From the IMG/VR virus record IMGVR_UViG_2799113057_000001: DNA of 64,000 nucleotides; one strand, 5' to 3'. A program made the position numbers and the translations under genes. The notes under the pieces are model-generated. The model was not told the DNA's origin, did no database searches, and was given only the letters and a program-made list of their open reading frames with translations. The stretch is from a virus (lineage: Duplodnaviria > Heunggongvirae > Uroviricota > Caudoviricetes). This document shows positions 1 through 8,700 of the stretch, piece by piece. How positions within the stretch are numbered: position 1 is the first letter of the stretch; each line of letters starts with the position of its first letter.

Positions 1-92
1 ATACCGAACGAGACTGCAGGCGATTTGCTTGGAACCATCGACGATGCGATCGGCGAGACTGGGTTGGTGCCGTACTCCGGGGAATCGGACTG

Positions 93-368
93 CTACGGGT
101 TGAGAAGCTCTTTCCATGCTTCGGGGTCCCCGGTCGCTGCGAGCAGGATCGTTTCCGGCGGGCGTGAATAGGCGGCAGCGAGAGCCACGAGCTCGGTCAC
201 ACGGCAGGGTCGCTCGCCGCGCTCGATGCGTGAAAGGACTCGCCAATCAAGGCCGGCGAGCGGGCCCGCGTCCTGCAACTCGAGCTGAGCCTTCCGGCGC
301 GCCGCATTGAGGGCGTCACCGACAGCTGAATCCGGTAGCTCGAACTTCCGCTGCGGAGAGACAGGCAT
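93..368 (-). CDS. XRE-family helix-turn-helix transcriptional regulator (paralog 1)
   Basis: 91-aa ORF with the HTH_3 signature LSRIERGERPCRVTELVALAAAY. Paralogous to the ORF at 3536..3838. Palindromic operator copy directly upstream. Confidence 0.8.
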   Translation of the reverse strand: MPVSPQRKFELPDSAVGDALNAARRKAQLELQDAGPLAGLDWRVLSRIERGERPCRVTELVALAAAYSRPPETILLAATGDPEAWKELLNP

Positions 369-388
369 GGGGTCCTTTCGGGGCGAGA

Positions 389-410
389 AATTCTCTAATG
401 CGGAGAATAT
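389..410. promoter_or_regulatory. Operator-like palindrome copy 1 (TTCTCTAATGCGGAGAAT)
   Basis: Inverted repeat TTCTC-N8-GAGAA matching the 8-copy consensus. Lies 20 bp upstream of the XRE gene start. Confidence 0.6.
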
Positions 411-544
411 CCCCTGGTAGCGCGCTAGCCAAGGGAACCACGCCAGGGACGTGACAACATCGTGATGTCTCTTGCTGTTAATCGCACCTGGAGCAGCGAG
501 GCCGCAGCTAGGTCAATTCGCAGCAGATGCTGTGCCCAGGAGCT

Positions 545-757
545 ATGTCTGACCATGCAGAAGCGACCGGGCCTGGGGTCTACCCCCAGACGCCGGTCGC
601 TGTGTGTGCCTACTTTGACGAGCGCCGCTGTTCGGCGGTGTATGTCGGCATCGACGCGGTCAGATCGGTAGACCGCGCCGATCGATATGACACGACATTC
701 TGCGAGGTGACAGTCATCGCCTGCCCCACGTTGGCCCCGGCGAAATCGAGTGAGTAG
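545..757 (+). CDS. hypothetical small protein (questionable)
   Basis: Divergent from XRE paralog 1 across operator copy 1, but overlaps the vWA C-terminus antisense. Only one of the two can be fully correct. Confidence 0.25.
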   Translation: MSDHAEATGPGVYPQTPVAVCAYFDERRCSAVYVGIDAVRSVDRADRYDTTFCEVTVIACPTLAPAKSSE

Positions 758-1248
758 TCACCAGACACGCCAAGCTTGGCGCCCTCCTCGATCGCGTCCT
801 GGTTGGCTCCCATGTACAAGAACTGCCAGCCGTACTGCTCGGTCTGCTGCTGAACCAGCTTCTTGATCATGGGGTGCGTCCACTCGCGACTTGCGTTCTC
901 CAGCCCGTCGGTCATGATCGCCACGATCACTGTGCCCGGACGCTCTGCTTCGGGCAGCTCTGCGAGCTGAAGCCCAGATTCCACAATCAGGTTGGCCATC
1001 GAGTCGAGCAGAGCCGTGCTGTTGCGCGGTACCAGCGTCAGCGGCGGAACCTCATCGAGTGGCCTTTGGGAATAGACAACCTCGTATTCGGTATCGAACT
1101 GGGCCAGTGTCACCGCGCACTGGCCGGGCGCCTTGCGCTGCTCGGTGATAAAGGCATCGAAACCCTCTTCGGTGGCCTTCTTGATCTGCCTCATCGATCC
1201 GGAACGGTCGAGCAGGAACAGAATCCAGGTGAGGTTAGGGTTTGTCAT
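610..1248 (-). CDS. von Willebrand factor type A (vWA) domain protein
   Basis: MIDAS motif DRSGSM near the N-terminus, followed by a vWA-like alpha/beta region. ATGA overlap with the upstream gene. Confidence 0.75.
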   Translation of the reverse strand: MTNPNLTWILFLLDRSGSMRQIKKATEEGFDAFITEQRKAPGQCAVTLAQFDTEYEVVYSQRPLDEVPPLTLVPRNSTALLDSMANLIVESGLQLAELPEAERPGTVIVAIMTDGLENASREWTHPMIKKLVQQQTEQYGWQFLYMGANQDAIEEGAKLGVSGDYSLDFAGANVGQAMTVTSQNVVSYRSARSTDLTASMPTYTAEQRRSSK

Positions 1249-1637
1249 TTCGTCTCCTTGGGTTGAGTGTTGTTGCGGCGTGGTTTGAATCGCAGTGGTT
1301 CGGGCTGCTCCGCTGGTGTCGGCGCGGGGATTCCGGCCTCGCGGTCGTAGCGGGCCCGGTTGATCTCCGACGCGGTGACCCGCCCGTCACCGCGTGCGTA
1401 GGGATTCAGTTGCGGGGTTCGCGCCAGCCGCGGTCCCACCGAGTTCTCGGTCAGCCCGACCTGGGCGCCGGCAGCGCGAATGCTGAGTTCCCCTTCAATG
1501 ACAGCTTCGGCCATGTGCTCGTCGATCAGTTGGCTCGCCAAATCGACCGCAACGCGAAGATGCGGCAGAGATCCGGCAGCGGTGGCGCTTTCGGCCTGGC
1601 GCAGCTCCTCGCGAATCTGGTCGTATCTGTCATCCAT
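1245..1637 (-). CDS. hypothetical protein, translationally coupled to the vWA gene
   Basis: Internal Met (MDDRYDQIREELRQ...) of the longer Arg-rich ORF 1245..1934. Stop/start ATGA overlap with the vWA gene. Confidence 0.45.
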   Translation of the reverse strand: MDDRYDQIREELRQAESATAAGSLPHLRVAVDLASQLIDEHMAEAVIEGELSIRAAGAQVGLTENSVGPRLARTPQLNPYARGDGRVTASEINRARYDREAGIPAPTPAEQPEPLRFKPRRNNTQPKETK

Positions 1638-1684
1638 AGCGATACAATACCGCAGAAATTGCGGATTCGCAGAAAGTGCGGGGT

Positions 1685-2203
1685 CTAGTTGGCTGCGATT
1701 TGGGCGAAGCTTCGGCGACGAGGCGGTTGGGGCCGGCGCTGATGCGGCGTTCCATCTGGGTTCAGCGGTCGACCCGCGACGTGGCGTTCGCCTTCGGGGA
1801 TCTGGTTGGCGTTCACCCAGCGCACGGCACGTACATCGACGAAGGGCTCCTCGTTGCAGCCGTGATCGCAACTGTGTGCCGGATAGCTCCAGTAGCTGTA
1901 GAACCAACCATCGGCATCGGGTGGATGTGCCCACTGCTGAGTCGATCGCTCGAAGAAGTCCGTCTCACTGTGGCGGCTCACCTCGTCGCGGGCCTCGTGT
2001 AACCAGTTGACAGCTCCACCTTCGTAGGTGGAGCGGCCGTGGCGCAGAATGCGAACCAGGGGAGTGTCCGGTGGCTGGAGGCCGGGGCGCTCCATGTCAA
2101 TGGGCGCAAAGATATCCAGCTGATAACCGCTGAACGGGGGCAGTGTTGGGGGCTCAGACATTGCCAGGCCTATGAGCTGGTGGTAGTTCGTCCGGCCCTT
2201 CAA
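1685..2203 (-). CDS. hypothetical protein (start may be the internal Met at 2161)
   Basis: 172-aa ORF with protein-like composition (W/Y/H-rich), no recognisable motif. Confidence 0.4.
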   Translation of the reverse strand: MKGRTNYHQLIGLAMSEPPTLPPFSGYQLDIFAPIDMERPGLQPPDTPLVRILRHGRSTYEGGAVNWLHEARDEVSRHSETDFFERSTQQWAHPPDADGWFYSYWSYPAHSCDHGCNEEPFVDVRAVRWVNANQIPEGERHVAGRPLNPDGTPHQRRPQPPRRRSFAQIAAN

Positions 2204-2411
2204 TGGTCAAGACGATCACCAACCGATCATCTTCGCAGCGCAGCCGAGACCAACCGTCGGTGCTGGTGTTGATGCCGTGCTCACGTGCGACGTTCTCGGC
2301 CATCGCGCGTGCGACGTCGAAGTCCTGCCAGTTTCCGCCGTGAGGCGATTCGCATGGCACGGTGAACCGGTGCTCAGTGATTGTCCGAACCGTGTGCGTT
2401 GCGTTGGCCAT
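2154..2411 (-). CDS. hypothetical protein
   Basis: 85-aa ORF, protein-like composition. Confidence 0.4.
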   Translation of the reverse strand: MANATHTVRTITEHRFTVPCESPHGGNWQDFDVARAMAENVAREHGINTSTDGWSRLRCEDDRLVIVLTIEGPDELPPAHRPGNV

Positions 2412-2456
2412 GAGCCGAGTTCCTCTCGGGTTGTGGATGTGGCGTCAATGGAGATT

Positions 2457-2819
2457 TCAGAGCGCTTCGGCTGATCCATCGGGGTGTCGCAGGATCACCT
2501 GAAGTTCGTCCTCGTCGACGGTCTCGATTTCGTCGCTGACCAAAAGAAAGTTGTCGCAGATGAACTGGTCGACATCGTCAGTACGTTCCTCCCGGCTTTC
2601 GGGGAGCCTGCCCGTGTAGGTCTGCACCACTCGGACCAGGTAGCTGCGTTCGATAGTGACCACCTCAGGGTCGTGCTGGCTGCAATAACTGGCATCGTCG
2701 GGAGCCGGATTGGTGCACGCAGTGGACCTCGCTCCGTCGTCGAACCCGCATATGAAGTAGGGCTGAGTTGTCGTGTTCTCAGTGCTGCTCTCTTGGCGAG
2801 CTAGTTGCTTCATGACCAC
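2457..2819 (-). CDS. hypothetical acidic protein
   Basis: 120-aa ORF. Operator copy 2 lies 10 bp upstream of its start. Confidence 0.5.
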   Translation of the reverse strand: MVMKQLARQESSTENTTTQPYFICGFDDGARSTACTNPAPDDASYCSQHDPEVVTIERSYLVRVVQTYTGRLPESREERTDDVDQFICDNFLLVSDEIETVDEDELQVILRHPDGSAEAL

Positions 2820-2828
2820 CTCATCGAG

Positions 2829-2847
2829 TTCTCTATTTTAGAGAATA
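2829..2847. promoter_or_regulatory. Operator-like palindrome copy 2 (TTCTCTATTTTAGAGAATA)
   Basis: Near-perfect palindrome matching the consensus. Confidence 0.6.
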
Positions 2848-2916
2848 CTAGGACACTCTGACATCTCTGGCCGATGGGCTCGCCAGCGATTAGGGGCAGC
2901 AGACTCGTTCGTGGGC

Positions 2917-3543
2917 CTAGAACGATGCTTTCGCACCTACGGTTTTGGGTTCATCGGCTGCGGCCAGGACCAATTCGGCGAATTCAGTCAGATTGGATAC
3001 GCGCTCACCTGGCAGGTGTCTGTTGTATGGCTGGTCGTAGACAACGGCGCGGCGACCGTTCTGGCGCAGTTCCTCGATGATGTGTGGTGCGTCATCGATG
3101 TAGATCTGGCACCCGACCACGCTCTTGCGCCGCTCAAATCTCAGGTCGTCGGGCAAGATTTCGTGTTCTGTCAGCCAGTCGATGGTTTCGCGCGCGATGC
3201 GCTGCTCGTCGCGCGACTGTATGTAGCGTCCGCCGGAATGCCGGGCGGTCACGATCGATACGCGATGGCCGGCAATGCGCAAGCGCCTGATAGCCGCAGC
3301 AGCTCCGGCGTCAAGCAGCGCTAGTCTGCGCAGGCCTCCGCTGTCACGCAGCTGGGTCATTGCCTTCGACGCGGATTCATCGTCAGGAAACCAACCGGGC
3401 TCCACCAGGCCGTATTTGGTGGGTCCGCTCGCCGATCCGTCCATCGTCAGCCCCATGCTCTGGCCAACGGCGGCGACTCCAGCCATATAGTCGGCCAGCA
3501 CTCCGTCGATGTCGATCCCGATGTGTAGTGCGCTGTCAGCCAT
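2917..3543 (-). CDS. HAD-superfamily 5'(3')-deoxyribonucleotidase (NT5C-like)
   Basis: N-terminal DxDGV motif (IGIDIDGVLADY), NT5C-family architecture, about 200 aa. Confidence 0.7.
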   Translation of the reverse strand: MADSALHIGIDIDGVLADYMAGVAAVGQSMGLTMDGSASGPTKYGLVEPGWFPDDESASKAMTQLRDSGGLRRLALLDAGAAAAIRRLRIAGHRVSIVTARHSGGRYIQSRDEQRIARETIDWLTEHEILPDDLRFERRKSVVGCQIYIDDAPHIIEELRQNGRRAVVYDQPYNRHLPGERVSNLTEFAELVLAAADEPKTVGAKASF

Positions 3544-3838
3544 TGCTTTTCCTGAGGCTTTTCACTGCCTCTTGCTCGGCGACGTGCTCCCTGATCAGTT
3601 TGAGCATCTCGTCTTCAGGGGTGTTGAGCGCCTTGGCGATGCTCACCATTTCTGATACGCGGCAGGGCCGTTCACCACGCTCGATGCGGGAGTACACGCT
3701 GAGATTGAGCCCTGCGCGTCTAGCCACTTCACCTTGTTGAACCTCGCCTCGGCGGCTGCGGATTGCTGCGCCGATGGCTGAATCCGTCAGCAATAGTGGG
3801 CCGCCTGCCCTCTTGGGTGTGGCGGAGTCGGTGCGCAT
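3536..3838 (-). CDS. XRE-family helix-turn-helix transcriptional regulator (paralog 2)
   Basis: Motif LSVYSRIERGERPCRVSEMVSIAKAL is nearly identical to paralog 1. Operator copy 3 lies upstream. Confidence 0.8.
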   Translation of the reverse strand: MRTDSATPKRAGGPLLLTDSAIGAAIRSRRGEVQQGEVARRAGLNLSVYSRIERGERPCRVSEMVSIAKALNTPEDEMLKLIREHVAEQEAVKSLRKSNG

Positions 3839-3867
3839 AAGGCATGCCTCCTGGTGTACAACGCAAG

Positions 3868-3886
3868 TTCTCTAAAACGGAGAATA
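3868..3886. promoter_or_regulatory. Operator-like palindrome copy 3 (TTCTCTAAAACGGAGAATA)
   Basis: Between divergent XRE paralog 2 and the eccB-like gene. Confidence 0.6.
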
Positions 3887-3971
3887 CACCACGGCTTGTC
3901 TGAACGGCGGTGCCAGACGCGGCTGCCCTTTTGTCACTCCTCGCGCCGCGGGCCGCTGTAGTCGCTGGTTT

Positions 3972-5768
3972 TTGCCACCCTCCCCACGCATCGAGACCGG
4001 CCGCCAGGCCGGCTGTCTTGGCGAAGAAGGAGTTGCGGTGGCCGGGAATTCTGCCGATGGCCGACAGGCCGAGGGGCCCAAGCGTGCACGCAATCGCACC
4101 GACACAGCAGTGCCCTGGTATGTGACGACCGGTCGCCAGATCAAAGGGTACAAGCGTGAACTCAATCGCATCGACGAAGCACTGTCACGTCAGGATGTGC
4201 GCGGTGTCGGCTCGCCCCTGACTCGTCTGCGGGGGTCGCTGTCAGTGAGCCTCGTGGGCGGCGTGCTTGTTCTCGTGGCAGCCTTCATCGTCTCGCTGAT
4301 CAACCCCAAGCCCGATTCGGGCGTCGCCGCGATCATGACAACTCGTTCCGGCGGCATCTTCGTTCAGTTCAACGGCCGGCTGCACCCAGTAACCAACCTG
4401 GCTTCGGCACGCCTGATCGTCGGCAAGCCGGAGGAAGCCAAAGTGGCCACCGACGCAGCGCTGCGTTCGCTGCCCACCGGCCCGCTCATGGGTATCCCCA
4501 GCGCGCCGAATCTGTTGTCGCCCCGGACTGATGAAACAGCGGTGTGGACCGTGTGCGACTGGCGCGACACCGCTGTACCGCTCTCGCTGCTCAAGACCGG
4601 CGACATCACCACAGCTGTGATTGCCGGAGACGACATGCTCGATGGTGGAACTGATCTGGGAAGCACCCGCGCGGTGTTGGTTAAACCCGCTGGTGACCCG
4701 ACGCGTTTGTGGCTGCTGTATCGGGACACTCGGGCAGAAGTCGGTCGCGGCGACTACGCCGCCCAGGCCGCTCTGGGCCTGACACCATCGCTGATCGAAT
4801 CCGCAGTGACCGTCTCTCCCTCGCTACTCGCCACGATCGCTCCCTCGCCGGTGCTCACCGCGCCAAGGCTCATCAACCAGGGCCAGCCCAGCCCGACAGT
4901 GAACGGTTCAGCGATCGGCGATGTGCTGACAGTGACAACCGCCTCAGGGGCGCGGGCCTTTTACCTGGTCGGGTCTGGGGGAGTACAGCAAGTCAGTCCT
5001 GTTCTCGCGCAGATGATGATCAACACGGGAGCCGCGCAGAAGCTCGTCGACGACCCGGCCTCCGTGCAGGCGATGCCGCGGATCGCAATCGTGGACGATT
5101 CACGTTTCCCCGCTCAGGTGCCGACGCTGGTCAGTGAGCCCGCCCTGTGCTGGAGCTGGACCAAGACCGTCGGTGAACTCACAGCTCATACCCGGATTTT
5201 CACCAATTCGCGTATGCCAGTTACCGAGTCGGGCCGGGTGGCGGCAGTACACCTACTGCCGAACAACGGAACCACTGATCAGGCGACCGATTCAATCACC
5301 CGTCCCGGTTACGGCTGGTACGCGCGCATCACCGGCGACAGCACCGATTCAGTTGCAGCGGAGCAACTGCTGTGGATCGACCCCAACGGAACCCGATTCC
5401 CCATCGATGTAGTAATCGCGCGCAACGGCGGAGTCTCGTATGACCCAACCGTCAAAGCGCTGGGATTCGATTCGATTTCGCCGACACCGATTCCGGCGGC
5501 TGTTGCCAAGCTCTATGCCCCTGGCGCGACCTTGTCGATCAAGAACGCCCAAGTCATGCAAGGAACCATCAACCCCTCATCCCAGGTTCCGAATCCGCCT
5601 TCTACGCAGGGGCAACCGCCGCCGCCCCTGCCTTCCGAAGAAGAAGCGCAAGAACCCTCGTCCCCACAACAACCGGGCTCGCCCACCGCTGATCCCGCGG
5701 CCAATGCAAGCGGTGAGACCGCCACGCCTGTGCCCGCCGTCAACGATCCCTCAACTGCCGGTCGCTGA
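3972..5768 (+). CDS. eccB: EccB-like type VII (ESX) secretion membrane protein; true start probably downstream of 3972
   Basis: Single N-terminal TM helix. Blocks GRLHPVTNLASARLIVG and PALCWSW match EccB conserved regions. Pro-rich C-terminal tail. Confidence 0.75.
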   Translation: MPPSPRIETGRQAGCLGEEGVAVAGNSADGRQAEGPKRARNRTDTAVPWYVTTGRQIKGYKRELNRIDEALSRQDVRGVGSPLTRLRGSLSVSLVGGVLVLVAAFIVSLINPKPDSGVAAIMTTRSGGIFVQFNGRLHPVTNLASARLIVGKPEEAKVATDAALRSLPTGPLMGIPSAPNLLSPRTDETAVWTVCDWRDTAVPLSLLKTGDITTAVIAGDDMLDGGTDLGSTRAVLVKPAGDPTRLWLLYRDTRAEVGRGDYAAQAALGLTPSLIESAVTVSPSLLATIAPSPVLTAPRLINQGQPSPTVNGSAIGDVLTVTTASGARAFYLVGSGGVQQVSPVLAQMMINTGAAQKLVDDPASVQAMPRIAIVDDSRFPAQVPTLVSEPALCWSWTKTVGELTAHTRIFTNSRMPVTESGRVAAVHLLPNNGTTDQATDSITRPGYGWYARITGDSTDSVAAEQLLWIDPNGTRFPIDVVIARNGGVSYDPTVKALGFDSISPTPIPAAVAKLYAPGATLSIKNAQVMQGTINPSSQVPNPPSTQGQPPPPLPSEEEAQEPSSPQQPGSPTADPAANASGETATPVPAVNDPSTAGR

Positions 5769-5788
5769 CCGCCAAGGAAGGAACACCC

Positions 5789-8700
5789 ATGTTTACCGTT
5801 TTCCGGGCTCCGCCGCGAGAGTCAGTTCAGCTGTTGCCCACCGGTGTGCTGATCAAGGAACCGCTCGGCTTGCCCGCTCCGGACAAGCGGCCCATTTGGC
5901 TTCGCGCAATGCCTTTGATCATGGTCGCCGCGATGATCGGCATGGTGGTGATGTCACTGGTCACCGGTCAGCGCGCCATCGTCACCATGCTCTCCAGTAT
6001 GCCGCTCATGCTCATGATGCCGCTGATGTACGCCATGCAGATGCGCAACCAGGGCAGCAGCGGGGGCGACATCGACCAAGAGATAGAGGAATACGATCTC
6101 GAGCTGCGCGAGAGGCGTTTCGAGATCTACGACCAGGGCCGCGCTATGCACGACCTACGTACGATGTGCTTCCCGCATCCGGCTGACCTTCTGTCGCTGG
6201 TCGGCACTCACGAGATGTGGCAGGCCGACCGTAATCTCGACATCGGCCGGGTAGTTGCGCCAGCCGATGAATCGGACCCGGATGTCAAGAATCTGACGTC
6301 CAACCCATACCTGCGTGCCCGTGTCGGGATCGGTGTGGCGCCCTTGTATCCCAAGCTGATCCAGGCGGACGACGTCGTCCCCGAGATGCAGGAACCGGCG
6401 ACAATGGTGCGCTACGACCGCGCCATCAACACGTTGTCTGTAGTGGCAAACCTTCCGATCGATGTGCGGCTCAACGAGTTTCCTGCGTATGCGATGCGCG
6501 GTGACGAGGAAGGCAGGCTAGGGCTTGTACGGGCCATGCTTATGTCGCTGGCATTCAACCATCGGCCCAGTGATCTGAACATCGGCGTGGTGACCAACGA
6601 CCCCAAGACGTGGGAATGGGTGAAGTGGCTGCCACATACCGAAGATGTGACGCGGGTTGAAAAGGGGTTGGGCGCACGGCTGCTCACATGGCGCAGCCTC
6701 GACGAATTCGCAGCGATGCACGCGGCGCAGATCGAGCGGATGCGCAACGAGGACAGCGACGATCGCCCACCACATCTGCTACTGATCATCGATCTGCCCG
6801 ACGCGATGGTGTCATGGCCGGCGAACATCTCCGGCGGAGTCAACGGCATGACCTGGTTCGTGGTGCGCTACGGCCAAGACCTGGTCACCGATCCCGTAAA
6901 GATGAAGAGCCGCATTCTGCTCAAGGACGGCCGCGTTTCAACAGTCGACGACTACGACGCGGCCGCCGCGGACTCGGTAACGATCGCGCAAGCCGAGGTA
7001 TTCGCACGGGCCATGTACAAGTGGCGCCCACGCAACTACGGCGTCGACGGAGCCGTCGTCGACGATCGCCCCGACCACATTCCGGACTTCTTCGAAGTAC
7101 TCGAGATCGGCGATATCGAGACCCACGACTTGATCGAAGTGTGGAAGCGCAACGCCTATACCGATGAAATCAAGGTTCCGTTCGGCTACTACCGCAAGGG
7201 CGACGAACTCACCTCAGAGCTGACCTACCTGAACTTCTACGAGGAGAACCGCGACGGCAACGGCCCACACGGCGCGGTGGCCGGACGTACCGGATCGGGT
7301 AAGTCGTACTTCCTGCGCGCGATAGTGCTGGCGCTCATCGCCATGTACGGCCCGGACAAAGTCGCACTGATCCTGGCCGACTTCAAGGGCGGCGCAACGT
7401 TCCTGGGAATGGACGGGCTGCCGCATGTCGTGGCATCTATCTCCAACCTTGAGAACACGATGGAGCTGGTCGACCGGCTCGGTGCGGTGATCAACGGCGA
7501 AGTGAATCGCCGCGAGGAGTTCATCACCACCGAAAAGGGTTGCAAGGACATCTTCGACTACCGGGAGCAGCAGAAGAAGCACCCGAACGATCCAAGCTGG
7601 CCTCCGCTTCCGGACTTGATCGTCATCATCGACGAGTTCGGTGAGTTTCTCAAGGAACGTCCCGGCTACTTGGATCTGTTGATCCGCGTCGGTCGCGTTG
7701 GTCGCTCGCTGGGTATGCACCTGGTGATGTGCAGCCAGTTCATCAACAAGGACGTGATCGGTGACCTCTTTGAGCACTTGAGTTTCCGCTACTCGCTGTC
7801 GGTTAACAGCGCGAGCTATTCCATCGCGATGCTCGGCACCGACGACGCAGCGACGATGGTGGGCAAGAAAGGTGGCCTCAAGGGAAAGATCCTGCGCAAG
7901 TTCACCACTGACGCAGCTCCTGTCGAAGTGGCGGCGTTCCACCACGAGGCCCCCTACATCCGACGAACCGTGACAGAGCGTGCCCGCTCCCGGGCGGACG
8001 GCTCAGGTGTAGTTGCAGAGCCTGTAGTTCCGTTCACGCTGTTCACTACCCGGGGATTCACTCCGGAGGTCGAAGAAGACACGGTGGAGGTCACCGAGGA
8101 ACAATTCGGCGAGAAGATGGCCGACGTGCTCCTGGAGAAGGCCTCGCGACTGTCCGATATGCGCACCTTGGACCTGTGGAAGCCGTCGCTGCGCGAGCCT
8201 TTGTCGCTGCCGACGCTCAATCTGACCCGAGAGGTGAAGGGGTTGAAAATCCGCGTGGGCGACCTTGATGCCCCCGAAAAGCACACGCGACTGCCGTGGT
8301 TCATGGACTTCGGCGGGAACATCCCGCACCAGGTGATCGCCGGTGCAGGCAAGTCGGGGCGTACCACGCTGCTTCAGACACTGGTCGTGTGCGGCTGCAT
8401 TCAACACGGCCCGGAGCGTTTGGCATTCATGCTCGCCGACTACGGCACCGGCAAGCTCGGAGAGGTCAAAGACAGCCCCAATGTCGCGGCGTACGCACGA
8501 CCGGAAGACGACGAGACCACCGCGCGCATTCTCGGTGAGGCTTCACGCTTGATCGAAGTGCGACGCCGCGAGATGGTCGACCGCCAAGCGGCCTCGGTTG
8601 ACGCATATTTGGCGTCCAAGGCCAATACCCCTGTGGCAGATGACCCGTATGGGTACGTGATTGTGGCCATTGACGGCATTGGTGGATTCCTCGGTGAGAA

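Noticed and set aside
1-171. Partial plus-strand ORF at the window start
   Set aside because: Largely antisense to the XRE gene. No support.
1245-1934. 229-aa ORF (also 1242..1688+, 1480..2010+, 1676..2002+) with very high Arg/Pro content
   Set aside because: Composition typical of off-frame translation in high-GC DNA. Only the C-terminal 130 aa from an internal Met (1245..1637) looks protein-like and is kept.
5440-6186. 248-aa Arg-rich ORF overlapping the eccB end and eccC start
   Set aside because: Arg/Pro-rich shadow frame of real genes.
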